Below, piece by piece: positions 36,622 through 47,094 of a DNA stretch of 64,000 nucleotides. How positions within the stretch are numbered: the stretch's first letter is position 1; each line of letters begins with the position of its first letter. Origin of the DNA: Micavibrio aeruginosavorus. GTDB lineage: Bacteria; Pseudomonadota; Alphaproteobacteria; Micavibrionales; Micavibrionaceae. The stretch is from assembly GCA_016432265.1 (NCBI GenBank), contig CP066681.1, positions 458,342 to 522,341 on the forward strand, in the 5' to 3' direction. The translations under genes were made by a program, and so were the position numbers. The notes under the pieces are model-generated. The model was not told the origin of the DNA and ran no database searches. It was given only the letters and a program-made list of their open reading frames with translations.

Positions 36622-39600
36622 AGAATTTGGGGCTTTCAGGCCGTTTAACCGAGCTTTCGATACAATCCCCGCTTACGCCCTTATTCTTGCTGGCGGCTTT
36701 GGTGCTCGGGCTTATCGCGTTGCTGACGATTCCCCGGGAAGAAGAGCCGCAAATCAGCGTGCCTATGGTGGATATTCAGGTGCGTGCTGATGGATTGCGC
36801 GCGCATGATGCGGCAGAACTCATTACAAAACCTTTGGAAGAAATTGTTAAAAGCATCGACGATGTTGAGCATGTATACAGTCAGACGGCGGACGATCAGG
36901 TTTTGGTTACTGCCCGGTTCCTGGTCGGCACTGATGCGGATAGCGCGATTTTGCGCGTGCATGAGAAAGTAAGGGCAAATTATGGCCGCATCCCCCATGG
37001 CATTCCGGAGCCTCTGATCAGCGGGCGTGGGATCAACGATGTCGCTATCGTCGTTCTTACCCTATCCGCCGATAAGCAGGCTGCGGATATGTGGAACGAG
37101 GCTAGCCTATACAGAATCGCCGCTGAACTGCAATCAGAGTTGGCGAAGGTCGATAATGTTGGGTTCTCCTACCTCTCAGGAGGTAGCCCTGAATCGATCA
37201 GGATTGAACCCGATCCGGAGAAGATGGCGCTTTATGGCGTAACTCTGCAACAGCTTATAGATAAAGTTAACGGGGCCAACAAATCTTTTTCCTCGGGGAA
37301 GGTAAAGGGCAACAACAAGACATACGCAGTTGTTGCGGGGCAGACTCTGGCAGGAGAGGCGGACATAGGCCTATTACTGCTTACTGCAAGAAACGGGAGG
37401 CCTGTATATGTCAAGGATGTTGCCCGCATTATGATAGGGGCGACCCCTGTTGAAAACCGCGTCATGACCCTGCGTCGCGATGGGGAAGGCAGTTGGGAAG
37501 CGCGACCCGCAATAAGCTTGGCTTTGGCGAAGCGCGCCGGGGCGAATGCCGTGGTTGTATCGCGCGATATTCTTGATCGCGTCGAGACGTTGAAAGGAAC
37601 GTTAATACCGGAGGGAATCCATGTTGAGGTAACGCGCAATTATGGACGCACCGCTGATGAGAAAGCTAATGAACTGCTTTTCCATCTCTTTCTGGCGACA
37701 ATCACGATTGTCGCGCTAATTGGCTTTTCCATCGGCTGGCGCGAGGCGTTTGTCACCTTGATTGTTATACCTGCCACCATTCTGCTGACATTGCTGGCCG
37801 CGTATTTGATGGGGTACACAATTAATCGCGTGAGTCTGTTTGCGCTGATTTTTTCCATTGGCATTCTCGTTGATGACGCCATTGTCGTCGTTGAGAATAT
37901 TTCACGCCATTGGCGCATGAACGACGGGCGCTCTCAATTGCAAGGAGCGATTGAGGCGGTCGCGGAGGTTGGCAATCCCACAATCATTGCTACGCTGACA
38001 GTCGTTGCCGCTTTGCTGCCCATGACATTTGTTTCCGGCCTTATGGGGCCTTATATGGCTCCTATCCCTGTAAACGCTTCTGCTGCGATGTTGTTTTCCT
38101 TCTTTATGGCTATTGCCGTCGCTCCATGGTTGATGATGAAGGTTTCCGCTTTAGGAAAGAAAGAGCGCGGGCAGAAAGATGAAGGCGCTATAGGTCGTTT
38201 ATATAGGAAGGTTGCGCAGCCTGTAATAAGAACGCGTAAGAATTCCTTACTGTTTCTGCTTTCTGTCGGCATCGTGACGCTTATAAGCTTCCTGCCTTTT
38301 GCAACAAGGTCGGTGACGGTTAAGCTCCTTCCTTTTGATAACAAATCGGAGCTTCAGATCGTTCTTGACCTGCAAGAGGGCAGCACAATGGAGGAAACAG
38401 AAAGGGTATTGCATCAAATCGCAGAAGAACTTCTGCCTATACCCGAAATTCGTTCGGTGCAAAGTTATGCCGGGATAGCGGCGCCTTTTAACTTTAACGG
38501 GCTTGTCAGACATTACTACCTTCGCCAGTCTCCCGAACTTGGGGAATTGCAGGTCAATTTATCGAGTAAGCATGAGCGTAAAGAAAACAGCCACGAAATA
38601 GCGCTTCATATTCGAAATCGTCTGGAAAAAATGAATCTGCCCTCAGGAACTGTCCTGAAAGTCGTAGAGGTTCCACCCGGGCCTCCTGTTTTGGCAACTT
38701 TACTTGCAGAAATATACGGCCCCGATCAGGAATCGCGCCAGGTTGTCGTTCGACACCTGAAATCTATCTTGAAGAGTGTGCCGTACATTGTTGATGTTGA
38801 CGATTCTATCGGCGCATCGCGCCCCCGCCTTCATGTTTCGATAGACCAGGATCGTTTGGAGTTCTTTGGTGTAGAGCAGGAAGATGTTTACGGCACGATT
38901 CAGTCTTTGATTGGCGGCGTGCCGGCAGGCTATTCCTATAGAGGGGAAGGACGCGATCCTTTAGAGATCGTGATCCAGATGCCAAAAACTGATTTAAACT
39001 GGACAGAGCGTCTTGCGTCGACGCCCGTGCCCGCAAACGCCATGCCAGGCGACCGCAGCGTTGTTGAGCTTGGGGATGTGGTTAGCGTTAAATACGAAGA
39101 AGGCTCTCCTGTGTTGTTTCGCCACAATGGCCATTTTACCGATATGATTATGGCGGAATTGGCTGGAAGCTACGAAGCGCCTGTATATGGCATGCAGGAC
39201 GTTGGCAAGCTTGTGAAAAGGTACGATTGGGGCACGTTGACGCCGCCCAAGATTAAATTTCATGGGCAACCTGAAGATCCTATGGAAACCGTATTGCTAT
39301 GGGACGGCGAGTGGGAGATCACCTACGTCACTTTTCGAGACATGGGGATCGCTTTTGTGGCGGCATTGCTGGGCATTTATATTCTTGTTGCCGCTCAGTT
39401 CCATAGTTTCAAGCTTCCATTTGTCATTCTGACGCCAATACCGCTTACCTTTATCGGAATCATTACGGGGCATTGGCTTTTTAACGCGCCTTTTACGGCT
39501 ACATCCATGATAGGGTTTATCGCGTTGGCTGGCATCATCGTCCGCAATTCTATCCTGCTGGCCGATTTTATACGTCACCGGCAATCTAAAGACGCGCCCT

Positions 39601-39830
39601 TGCGGGATGTCCTTCTTGATGCGGGGGCTGTGCGTTTCAAACCCATCCTTTTAACGGCCCTGGCAGCCATGATTGGCGCCGCCTCCATTTTGGGTGATCC
39701 GATTTTTCAGGGCCTCGCCATCTCTCTTTTATTCGGGTTGGCTTCTTCCACATTACTGACGGTTCTTGTCATCCCTGCGATATATATCCTCTTGCGGGGC
39801 GACGCTTATTCAAACAAAAAATTTACCTGA
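36618..39830 (+). CDS. Efflux RND transporter permease subunit (AcrB/CzcA superfamily)
   Basis: 1070 aa with 12 TM helices and two large periplasmic loops; N-terminal and internal blocks are typical of RND pumps. Confidence 0.9.
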   Translation: MKNLGLSGRLTELSIQSPLTPLFLLAALVLGLIALLTIPREEEPQISVPMVDIQVRADGLRAHDAAELITKPLEEIVKSIDDVEHVYSQTADDQVLVTARFLVGTDADSAILRVHEKVRANYGRIPHGIPEPLISGRGINDVAIVVLTLSADKQAADMWNEASLYRIAAELQSELAKVDNVGFSYLSGGSPESIRIEPDPEKMALYGVTLQQLIDKVNGANKSFSSGKVKGNNKTYAVVAGQTLAGEADIGLLLLTARNGRPVYVKDVARIMIGATPVENRVMTLRRDGEGSWEARPAISLALAKRAGANAVVVSRDILDRVETLKGTLIPEGIHVEVTRNYGRTADEKANELLFHLFLATITIVALIGFSIGWREAFVTLIVIPATILLTLLAAYLMGYTINRVSLFALIFSIGILVDDAIVVVENISRHWRMNDGRSQLQGAIEAVAEVGNPTIIATLTVVAALLPMTFVSGLMGPYMAPIPVNASAAMLFSFFMAIAVAPWLMMKVSALGKKERGQKDEGAIGRLYRKVAQPVIRTRKNSLLFLLSVGIVTLISFLPFATRSVTVKLLPFDNKSELQIVLDLQEGSTMEETERVLHQIAEELLPIPEIRSVQSYAGIAAPFNFNGLVRHYYLRQSPELGELQVNLSSKHERKENSHEIALHIRNRLEKMNLPSGTVLKVVEVPPGPPVLATLLAEIYGPDQESRQVVVRHLKSILKSVPYIVDVDDSIGASRPRLHVSIDQDRLEFFGVEQEDVYGTIQSLIGGVPAGYSYRGEGRDPLEIVIQMPKTDLNWTERLASTPVPANAMPGDRSVVELGDVVSVKYEEGSPVLFRHNGHFTDMIMAELAGSYEAPVYGMQDVGKLVKRYDWGTLTPPKIKFHGQPEDPMETVLLWDGEWEITYVTFRDMGIAFVAALLGIYILVAAQFHSFKLPFVILTPIPLTFIGIITGHWLFNAPFTATSMIGFIALAGIIVRNSILLADFIRHRQSKDAPLRDVLLDAGAVRFKPILLTALAAMIGAASILGDPIFQGLAISLLFGLASSTLLTVLVIPAIYILLRGDAYSNKKFT

Positions 39831-39843
39831 AGAGAGGTTCGTT

Positions 39844-40056
39844 ATGTGCTCATCCAATATTGACAAGGTTATCATGCGTTTTGCGGGTTCGACTGTGCTG
39901 CTTAGTCTTGTGCTGGCGCATTTTTCATCGCCTTTGTGGCTGTTTCTAACGGCTTTTGTAGGCTTTAACCTTTTACAAGCGTCATTCACCGGCTTTTGTC
40001 CGTTGGCTGCCCTTCTCAAGAAGAGTGGCATTAAGGCAGGGCCTGCTTTTGAGTAG
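39844..40056 (+). CDS. DUF2892 (YgaP-like) small inner-membrane protein
   Basis: IDKVIRFAGSTVLLSLVLA...FVGFNLLQASFTGFCPLAALL is the DUF2892 pattern. Confidence 0.55.
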   Translation: MCSSNIDKVIMRFAGSTVLLSLVLAHFSSPLWLFLTAFVGFNLLQASFTGFCPLAALLKKSGIKAGPAFE

Positions 40057-40124
40057 AATGTCCCGCGCGCTATAAGTATGCGCACGAAGGAAGGCGCTAG
40101 CTCATATTTCTCGGGAAGGATATT

Positions 40125-43100
40125 TCACGGCCCCGGATCGGCGGCAAGGAACGGCGTGCTGTCGATCGTGCTGGCGCCATCGAGGAGCCTTTCACTGACC
40201 TGAAGACCGAGAGGTTCGCCCCACCAGTTGTTTTCGGCCTTGAGCTGGAGGTTGTCGAGATCGACGCGGATGTCCTCTATCATGCTGCCGAATATGCGGT
40301 TTCCGCCCGTGCTGCCAAGCGCCCCGCCGCCCAAATCGGCGGTGAAGGCGCCCGTCGTGTCGTCGTTGACATAGACGCCGTACTGGTAGTTGCCGCTGGC
40401 GGTAACGCCTTGCGCCATCGCCGAAAAGACGCTGGTTCCCGAAGCGTTCAGATAAATCCCATAGTCAAAATTATCAGCAGCGATGCTGTCGGTCAGAAGC
40501 ACGGAATTGAGCTGGCTTGCCCCCGTCGCGTCGACATATATTCCACTCGCCCTGTTGCCGGTGGCTGTCAACTCGTCTAATGTAGCCGCCGCAATCTGGC
40601 CGCCGCTCTGACCGCCAATATAAATCCCCTGGATCGCGTTCTCAACGGAAGAGCTATCGGTCAGTGACAAGTTCGTTATCACGCTGCCCGCCGCGTTGGC
40701 TGCGATATAAATCCCCGTCCCGTCGCTGTCAGTGACATTTATGTTCGAGAGTGTTGCCGTCGTAATATCTCCTCCGCCTGCCGCATAAAGATACAGGCCA
40801 TTGGCGACATCGTTTGTAGATGAAGCATTGCTCAGCGACAGGGTTCCGATCAGGCCGGTCGCTGTGTTTGCAGAAATGGAATATCCCACATCGCCGTTAT
40901 TGGCGGACACAAGGTCGGAGAGCGTCGCGGTCGTGATCTCCCCGTTGTTGGCGTAAACATAAAAACCGTTATTCGCATTGTCTGTAGCCGTACTGTCTGT
41001 CAGGGAAATGTTTCCGATAACGCTCGTCGCGCTGTTATAGGCATAGACAAGATAACCGTGACTGCCGTTACCTTCGGAAGTCAGGCCGGAAAGGGTCGCC
41101 GTTGTAATATCGGCGCCGCCGGTCGCATAAACGTAAACTCCGGTGTCGCCGTTGCCATCGGCTATGCTGTCGCTAAGAGACACGCTGTTGATGAGTCCGG
41201 TTGCACCCGCCGCCCTCAGGTCGTATCCCTGATCGCCGTTATTGGTGGACACAAGGTCGGAGAGCGTTGCCGTCGTGATCTGCCCGGCGTTGGCGTAAAC
41301 GTAAAAACCGTTATTTGCGTTGTCGGTGGCCGTGCTGTCAGACACCGTTACTGTGGTTATCAAACTGCCAGCGTTGTCTGTGTATAGATAGTAGCCATGA
41401 CTACCACTGTCCGTGATGTCGACATTGTATATATCAATCGAATTGAAATCGCCGCCGGCGGTGGCATAGGCATGAAGACCGTAATTTGCGCTGCGCTCTA
41501 TCTCGGAATCTGCGAAAGTGACATCGCCAATCAGGCTTCCCGCTCCGTTTGCCGTCATATAAAGGCCGTGTTCTTCGTTGTCTCGAATTGTAAGTCCCGA
41601 CAGCGCCGTGGCCGTAATATCGGCGGCGGTCGTGGTTTCGAGCATCAAGCCATAGCCTGCATTGTTCTCAATCAGACTGTCTTCAACGGATAAGGATGTG
41701 ATTAATCCGGTTGCGCCGGTTGCACTGACGTAAAGTCCATAAGCATTGTTGTCCTGAAGATCCAGATCAGATAGGGTTACCGTCCCCAGCGTGCCGGAGG
41801 CCGTATAGATATAAGCGCCATGGTCGGAGTTGCCAGTAGCGGAGTCGCCCGTCATCGTCAGCGTTCCGATCTGGCCTGTGGCAGCGTTCGACCCAATATT
41901 GTATCCATTGGCGCGGTTGTCCTGGGTTGTCACGTTCGTGATCGTCGCCGTCGTCACTTGCCCGGCGTTGGCATAAAGATAAACGCCGTGGTCGTCATTG
42001 TCTGAGATCGTGCTATCGGTCAGAGAATAGGATGAAATGACGCTGGTCGCGTTGTCGGTCACGACATAGTGGCCGCTGGCACCACCGCCTTGTATTGTCG
42101 TGCCGCCGACGGTAAGGCTTCCTATATCGCTTCCCCCCGTTGCATAACCGTAAAAACCATAGCCTGAATTATTATCGAGAAAGGAATCGCTCAGGCTCGC
42201 GCTTGTAATCATGCTGCCCGCGCCCGATGAGTGGACATAAAATCCGTGCTCCCCGTTATCGCGAATTATCATGTCCGACAGCGCCGCTGCGCTGATCAGG
42301 CCGCCTGTAGCAGCATTGATGTAAATTCCCGTGTCGGCGTTGTCTTCCGCCGACACGCCGTTCATGGATACGCTCGTAATTTCGCTGCCTGCTGCCGTAG
42401 CCTGGAAGATCAGGCCGATCTCGCCGTTACCGTTCGCCGCGGTATCTGTGATCGTGACGGCGCCGAGATCTCCTGCCGTCTGCGCCAAACCGTAGAAACC
42501 GTAACGACCGTTATCGTCGAATAATGAATCCGCGACATTCACACCGCCGATCAGACTCCCCGCCCCGGAAGAGTTCAGCGAGATGCCATCGAACAGGTTA
42601 TGCGATGCGGTGACGTTCGCCAGTATCGGATTGGCGATAATGCCGCCTCCTGTCGTCACTAGAGCCATGCCGTTATTCAGATTGTTTGACAAAGTGACAT
42701 CCCTGATTTCGGCATTCTGCCAATTCTGGCCCGCCCCGGCGGCAATGCGAATGCCATCGCGCGTCGCGCTATCGACTGTGACGCCTGCCACGAATACATC
42801 GTTCGCGGCGATCGTGATACCATCGCTGGCGGCGACTGTGTTCGTGATGACCGGCGCGCTCGTGGCTGCAGCGATCACATAAGAATCAACCGGGGTGCTC
42901 ATGCCCGCCACTTCCAGATCAAGCATTCCGAACGTCAGGTTGGTTCCCGATCCGACCAGACGCTGCCCGTTATCGTTGAGGAGAACTCCTGAGTCCATGC
43001 CCGTTGCCGTTCCGTCACCGGCGCGGACATAGATGATGTCATTCGCGCCGGCAACGGCCAACGCACCCGCAATCGTGTTAAACGGCGTCTCGGTCGATCC

Positions 43101-44411
43101 GTCGCCGCCGCCGGCCGCCGTGTTGTCCACGAAATAGATTTCCTGCGCCGCTCCCGAAGAAGCGTTGTTCACCGTCGCCGTGCTGACATTCTCGGTCGTC
43201 GAGCCACCGGTAACGATATCAATATCGCGGACAGGCTGTTCGTCCAGACGCTCGAAAAGCTTGCGTACGGGCGATGCAGACGGCGCGCCGCCGAAACTGT
43301 AACGGAGGCGGATCTCCGCAAGGGTTTCGTAATCGCGGATATTGTCGTCGCGGTATTCGGCACCGATCTGGAGCCAATCCGTTATGTCGCTGTGCAACCG
43401 CATGCGGCCGCCGTGGATGGGGCCGACGCCGTCGCCGTTGAAATAATAAGCCCCGCCATAGACTCTCGTTTCCGGCAGCCATGGCGCAAACGGAATCTTA
43501 TACCCAAGCTCAAGATCGAGGCCGCTGAGAGGCACTTCCGTCAGCGTTGATGTTCCTCCGCGCGCGACAAGGCCGGTTCCCGAAAAGGAAACAGTGGTCG
43601 GCAGCGTGGTCGTCGTCGATTTTTCGTCGTTCAGCGCGATATAAGCGTTGGCCCGCGCATCCCATTCCTCGGCAAGCCATTCCGTTCCGATGGTTGCCTG
43701 CGAAAATCTGTTGTCGTAAGCTGTCCGGCGGATATCGTAATACCCGTAAAGTCCCCAGATACCATCCCGTCCATCGATGACACGGCGCAGGCCGCCGCCG
43801 AAATTACCCTCGATTTCATCGCGCGTGTCGCGTGAAAGTCTCATGTCCATGAAAACCAGATTCCGCCCGTCCCAGCGCAGCGGAATCCATACATCCGTCC
43901 CGGTGATGGCGCGGCGGTTCCCGGCCCTGACATGCATGTCAACGTGAGCAGCGGGATAGAACGCAGGGGCGGTTGTTTGCGGTGCAGCAGGAGTACCCGC
44001 AGAAGGCGGTTGATGCGAAACGGCGGTCGCTGGAGCGCCTGCCGCTGGTGCGATATTCACTAAGGAATGCTCTTCGCCGTTGAATGCGGTGCCCTCTTCT
44101 TTCAGAAGATTTCCGGCAATTTTCGCCGTTTCCTTTTGAATCTGCGGGATGGAATCTCCTCTAAATCTTCTTTCCTCCGTCATATGGGGAAACGCGGCAA
44201 GAGAGTGTTTTAGCTCTTCATTCTCTTCTTTAAGAAGTTTTTCGCGCGCAAGCGCCGCCGCAAGCTGGGCCTGCAGACATTCGGTTTCCGTATACTTCTT
44301 TTGCGACACGAAGGGGCAGGCTTCCTGTCCGAAGGCATTGACCGTATTCAGGGTCAAAACGGAGGAAAGCCCGATAACGGCGAATCGTGTCAGGCGGGAG
44401 ACCTGAGACAT
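40125..44411 (-). CDS. Putative inverse autotransporter (type Ve-like): signal peptide, N-terminal beta-barrel, then a ~1000-aa right-handed beta-helix repeat passenger
   Basis: The start at ATG 44411 gives the Sec signal MSQVSRLTRFAVIGLSSVLTLNTVNAFGQ. A coiled-coil and Pro-rich linker follow. An aromatic-alternating region (GLYGYYDIRRTAYDNRF...LELGYKIPF...YGGAYYFNGDG...IRLRYSF) ends in a barrel-terminal-like strand. Then come more than 25 ~22-aa repeats of the form GxYxYATGGxDIxSLTVxDSxxxxNxxxG. Confidence 0.6.
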   Translation of the reverse strand: MSQVSRLTRFAVIGLSSVLTLNTVNAFGQEACPFVSQKKYTETECLQAQLAAALAREKLLKEENEELKHSLAAFPHMTEERRFRGDSIPQIQKETAKIAGNLLKEEGTAFNGEEHSLVNIAPAAGAPATAVSHQPPSAGTPAAPQTTAPAFYPAAHVDMHVRAGNRRAITGTDVWIPLRWDGRNLVFMDMRLSRDTRDEIEGNFGGGLRRVIDGRDGIWGLYGYYDIRRTAYDNRFSQATIGTEWLAEEWDARANAYIALNDEKSTTTTLPTTVSFSGTGLVARGGTSTLTEVPLSGLDLELGYKIPFAPWLPETRVYGGAYYFNGDGVGPIHGGRMRLHSDITDWLQIGAEYRDDNIRDYETLAEIRLRYSFGGAPSASPVRKLFERLDEQPVRDIDIVTGGSTTENVSTATVNNASSGAAQEIYFVDNTAAGGGDGSTETPFNTIAGALAVAGANDIIYVRAGDGTATGMDSGVLLNDNGQRLVGSGTNLTFGMLDLEVAGMSTPVDSYVIAAATSAPVITNTVAASDGITIAANDVFVAGVTVDSATRDGIRIAAGAGQNWQNAEIRDVTLSNNLNNGMALVTTGGGIIANPILANVTASHNLFDGISLNSSGAGSLIGGVNVADSLFDDNGRYGFYGLAQTAGDLGAVTITDTAANGNGEIGLIFQATAAGSEITSVSMNGVSAEDNADTGIYINAATGGLISAAALSDMIIRDNGEHGFYVHSSGAGSMITSASLSDSFLDNNSGYGFYGYATGGSDIGSLTVGGTTIQGGGASGHYVVTDNATSVISSYSLTDSTISDNDDHGVYLYANAGQVTTATITNVTTQDNRANGYNIGSNAATGQIGTLTMTGDSATGNSDHGAYIYTASGTLGTVTLSDLDLQDNNAYGLYVSATGATGLITSLSVEDSLIENNAGYGLMLETTTAADITATALSGLTIRDNEEHGLYMTANGAGSLIGDVTFADSEIERSANYGLHAYATAGGDFNSIDIYNVDITDSGSHGYYLYTDNAGSLITTVTVSDSTATDNANNGFYVYANAGQITTATLSDLVSTNNGDQGYDLRAAGATGLINSVSLSDSIADGNGDTGVYVYATGGADITTATLSGLTSEGNGSHGYLVYAYNSATSVIGNISLTDSTATDNANNGFYVYANNGEITTATLSDLVSANNGDVGYSISANTATGLIGTLSLSNASSTNDVANGLYLYAAGGGDITTATLSNINVTDSDGTGIYIAANAAGSVITNLSLTDSSSVENAIQGIYIGGQSGGQIAAATLDELTATGNRASGIYVDATGASQLNSVLLTDSIAADNFDYGIYLNASGTSVFSAMAQGVTASGNYQYGVYVNDDTTGAFTADLGGGALGSTGGNRIFGSMIEDIRVDLDNLQLKAENNWWGEPLGLQVSERLLDGASTIDSTPFLAADPGP

Positions 44412-44685
44412 GCTCTCGATTATACAGGGGGAGGTTTTGTATCTCAAGACGCCATGGGTTTTTCTCCGGAAATCGAACCGTTTTGAATGAGAGGAAAACC
44501 ACCCCCATTTTGCCCGGAAAGGGCAAACCAGCATTGTTTTTATCCCGCAGGGCGGTAATATGCAGCTTCATAACAATATGCTGGGTACTCCAAGCTCTGC
44601 CCAGCCGCTTCGTGCAGCCAGGCCTGTCGTTATGACGTTTTGGGGAAACCTTAAGTGATTGTTATAAATTGAAAATCTGGTCATC

Positions 44686-45492
44686 ATGCGCATTCTGACA
44701 TGGAACATCAATTCGGTAAGACTGAGGTTGCCGCTTTTAAAGAAAATTGCCCGCGAATGCGGGCCGGATGTTATCTGCTTGCAGGAAACCAAGGTGACTG
44801 ACGATCTTTTTCCGGCAGATGATATTGCCAGAATGGGGTATAGCCACATTCATATCAATGGGATGAAGAGCTATAACGGCGTGGCCATACTTTCCAAAAC
44901 CCCTTTCGTGCGCAAAGCTGTGCATAGCCGGGTGGGGCGCGATGATTGCCGTCATATTGCCGTTCAATTGAAATCAAGAAAATTCAAAACGCCATTTGAA
45001 GTTCATAATCTGTATATTCCCGCCGGGGGTGATATACCCGATCGCCAGCAAAACGATAAATTCGGGCATAAGCTTGATTTTGTTGATGAGGTCGGCAATT
45101 GGTTTTTCGCTAATTATCAAGCGGATCAACCTTTGATTGCCTTGGGTGATTTCAATATTGCCCCGCTTGAGCATGACGTATGGTCGCATAAACAACTCAC
45201 AGATGTGGTGTCACATACGCAGGTCGAGATTGAAAAGTTACTTTCCATGCAGGATAAACTAAAATGGCAGGATGCGATCCGTCATTTTATCCCGGCAGAG
45301 GAAAAATGTTATACATGGTGGTCTTATCGCAACCGCGACTGGAAGAAATCGAATAGAGGCCGCCGCCTCGATCACATCTGGATGACCAAGCCACTTATCC
45401 CCTATTTGCAATCACATACAATATTGGCTAAATACCGCGACGCAGAGCAGCCCAGCGATCATGTCCCGGTTGCCGTTGATGTGAATCTTTAA
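44686..45492 (+). CDS. xth: Exodeoxyribonuclease III
   Basis: MRILTWNINSVRLRLP...DVICLQETK...LGDFNIAP...SDHVPV are AP-endonuclease family motifs. Confidence 0.9.
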   Translation: MRILTWNINSVRLRLPLLKKIARECGPDVICLQETKVTDDLFPADDIARMGYSHIHINGMKSYNGVAILSKTPFVRKAVHSRVGRDDCRHIAVQLKSRKFKTPFEVHNLYIPAGGDIPDRQQNDKFGHKLDFVDEVGNWFFANYQADQPLIALGDFNIAPLEHDVWSHKQLTDVVSHTQVEIEKLLSMQDKLKWQDAIRHFIPAEEKCYTWWSYRNRDWKKSNRGRRLDHIWMTKPLIPYLQSHTILAKYRDAEQPSDHVPVAVDVNL

Positions 45493-45579
45493 CCCATCCT
45501 GTGGCACCGATCCCTTGCTACTGCCGAAGGCAACGGGTAGATTCTATCTGTCGTAATCGCTTTCGAGTCAGGATTCACC

Positions 45580-47040
45580 GTGGCGGCTATCCCCATTTTG
45601 TATTTTATCATTTTTCTTGAAGGTTATGTCGTCTTGTCAACGGAATTGCTGGCGATACGCCTGATGATACCGTTTGCGGGCAGTGGCGCCGATACAATAT
45701 CCATCATAATTGCTGCCATCCTTCTGCCTCTGGCTTGCGGTTATTATAACGGCGGCAAGCCCAAGCGTATCCGTAAACAGAATAACCGCTTTGTGCCTGT
45801 CCGCGAGCGCCTGATTTTCAATTTGTTCGTATCCACAATCATTTTGACGGCAGGGCTTTCCTATACATTTCTCGATTGGTTCTTTGATATTGCCCAGACA
45901 TTTGCCGGCCTGGGCAATCGCATCTGGTTGGCGATCCTCTATGCCGGCTGCTTTATGGTTGTGCCGGTCTATCTTCTCGGGCAAACGGTTCCTCTGGTCA
46001 GCAATTATTTCCCTAAGGGAAAACTGCCTTACCTGGCAGGTCATATCCTTTTCTATTCCACTTTGGGGTCGTTTGTCGGGGCGCTCTTCACGACGCTGGT
46101 TTTAATGCCGTTTTTGGGCGTCCATATTGCTGTGACGGTAACATTGGGGTTGCTTGCCGTTCTTTTGCTTCTCTTGCAAAAGAAAACGCTTTCTTTTGTA
46201 TCATGCGGGGTGGCGGCGGTTTTCATTCTGGCTGTTTTTGTCAACAGCGATCAAGCGATGAGAAGGTTGGGGATCGTCAGTAATAACCAATATAATACGG
46301 TTCAGATTGTAGAGCATGATCTCCAGAAAAGGCGAACGTTGGAAGTTAACCGGTCTTACGCCTCGATTGTGAACCAGGGTAACCGGGACACTGTGGCTCC
46401 TTACATTTCTTTCATAGAAAAGAACATCATTGATACAGCAGCATCGGAGAATAGAAAACTTTCAATACTCGTTTTGGGGGCCGGAGGGTTCACAGTCGGC
46501 CGTCGCGATACGGTAAACGACTATACTTTCGTTGATCTGGATATACAGTTAAAATACGTTTCTGAACATTTTTTTCTTAAGGAAAAACTCTCCGAGAATA
46601 AAAAATTTGTCGCTATGGATGCTCGTTCATATTTGCTGCAAAACAAGGATTTGTATGATGTCATATTTATAGATCTATTCAAGGAATCGATCGCGACACC
46701 AGATGAAATCATGGTTCGCGAATTTTTTCAGGAGGTTAAGAACGATTTGCGTGAAGGGGGGGTGATGGTTGCGAATTTTGTTTTGTCCCCTAACCTGTCC
46801 GATGAATATTCGCAAAACGTCGATTCGACTATAAGGTCTGTTTTCCCATACATAAACCGTCACATAGCGGGTTCATATAGCCCATGGCTCGGTGACGCAG
46901 ATTGGATCAACATCTTGTATATCTATGCTCATTACCCGCTGCTAGGATCGGAAATATACAGCGATAACAAAAATTCAGCTCTTTACGATAAACCTTCATT
47001 TCTTATTAAGCGAAGAAGGGCTATGCCGGAGAGGTATTGA
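45580..47040 (+). CDS. Fused membrane domain and spermidine-synthase-like (polyamine aminopropyltransferase) protein
   Basis: About 7 N-terminal TM helices. The C-terminal domain contains the LVLGAGGFTVGR and IFIDLF motifs of the SpeE family. Confidence 0.6.
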   Translation: MAAIPILYFIIFLEGYVVLSTELLAIRLMIPFAGSGADTISIIIAAILLPLACGYYNGGKPKRIRKQNNRFVPVRERLIFNLFVSTIILTAGLSYTFLDWFFDIAQTFAGLGNRIWLAILYAGCFMVVPVYLLGQTVPLVSNYFPKGKLPYLAGHILFYSTLGSFVGALFTTLVLMPFLGVHIAVTVTLGLLAVLLLLLQKKTLSFVSCGVAAVFILAVFVNSDQAMRRLGIVSNNQYNTVQIVEHDLQKRRTLEVNRSYASIVNQGNRDTVAPYISFIEKNIIDTAASENRKLSILVLGAGGFTVGRRDTVNDYTFVDLDIQLKYVSEHFFLKEKLSENKKFVAMDARSYLLQNKDLYDVIFIDLFKESIATPDEIMVREFFQEVKNDLREGGVMVANFVLSPNLSDEYSQNVDSTIRSVFPYINRHIAGSYSPWLGDADWINILYIYAHYPLLGSEIYSDNKNSALYDKPSFLIKRRRAMPERY

Positions 47041-47094
47041 CCCCTGATGCAAGCGGGCCCCTCCTCGACGAGGGGCCCGGAAGTTGACTTACAT

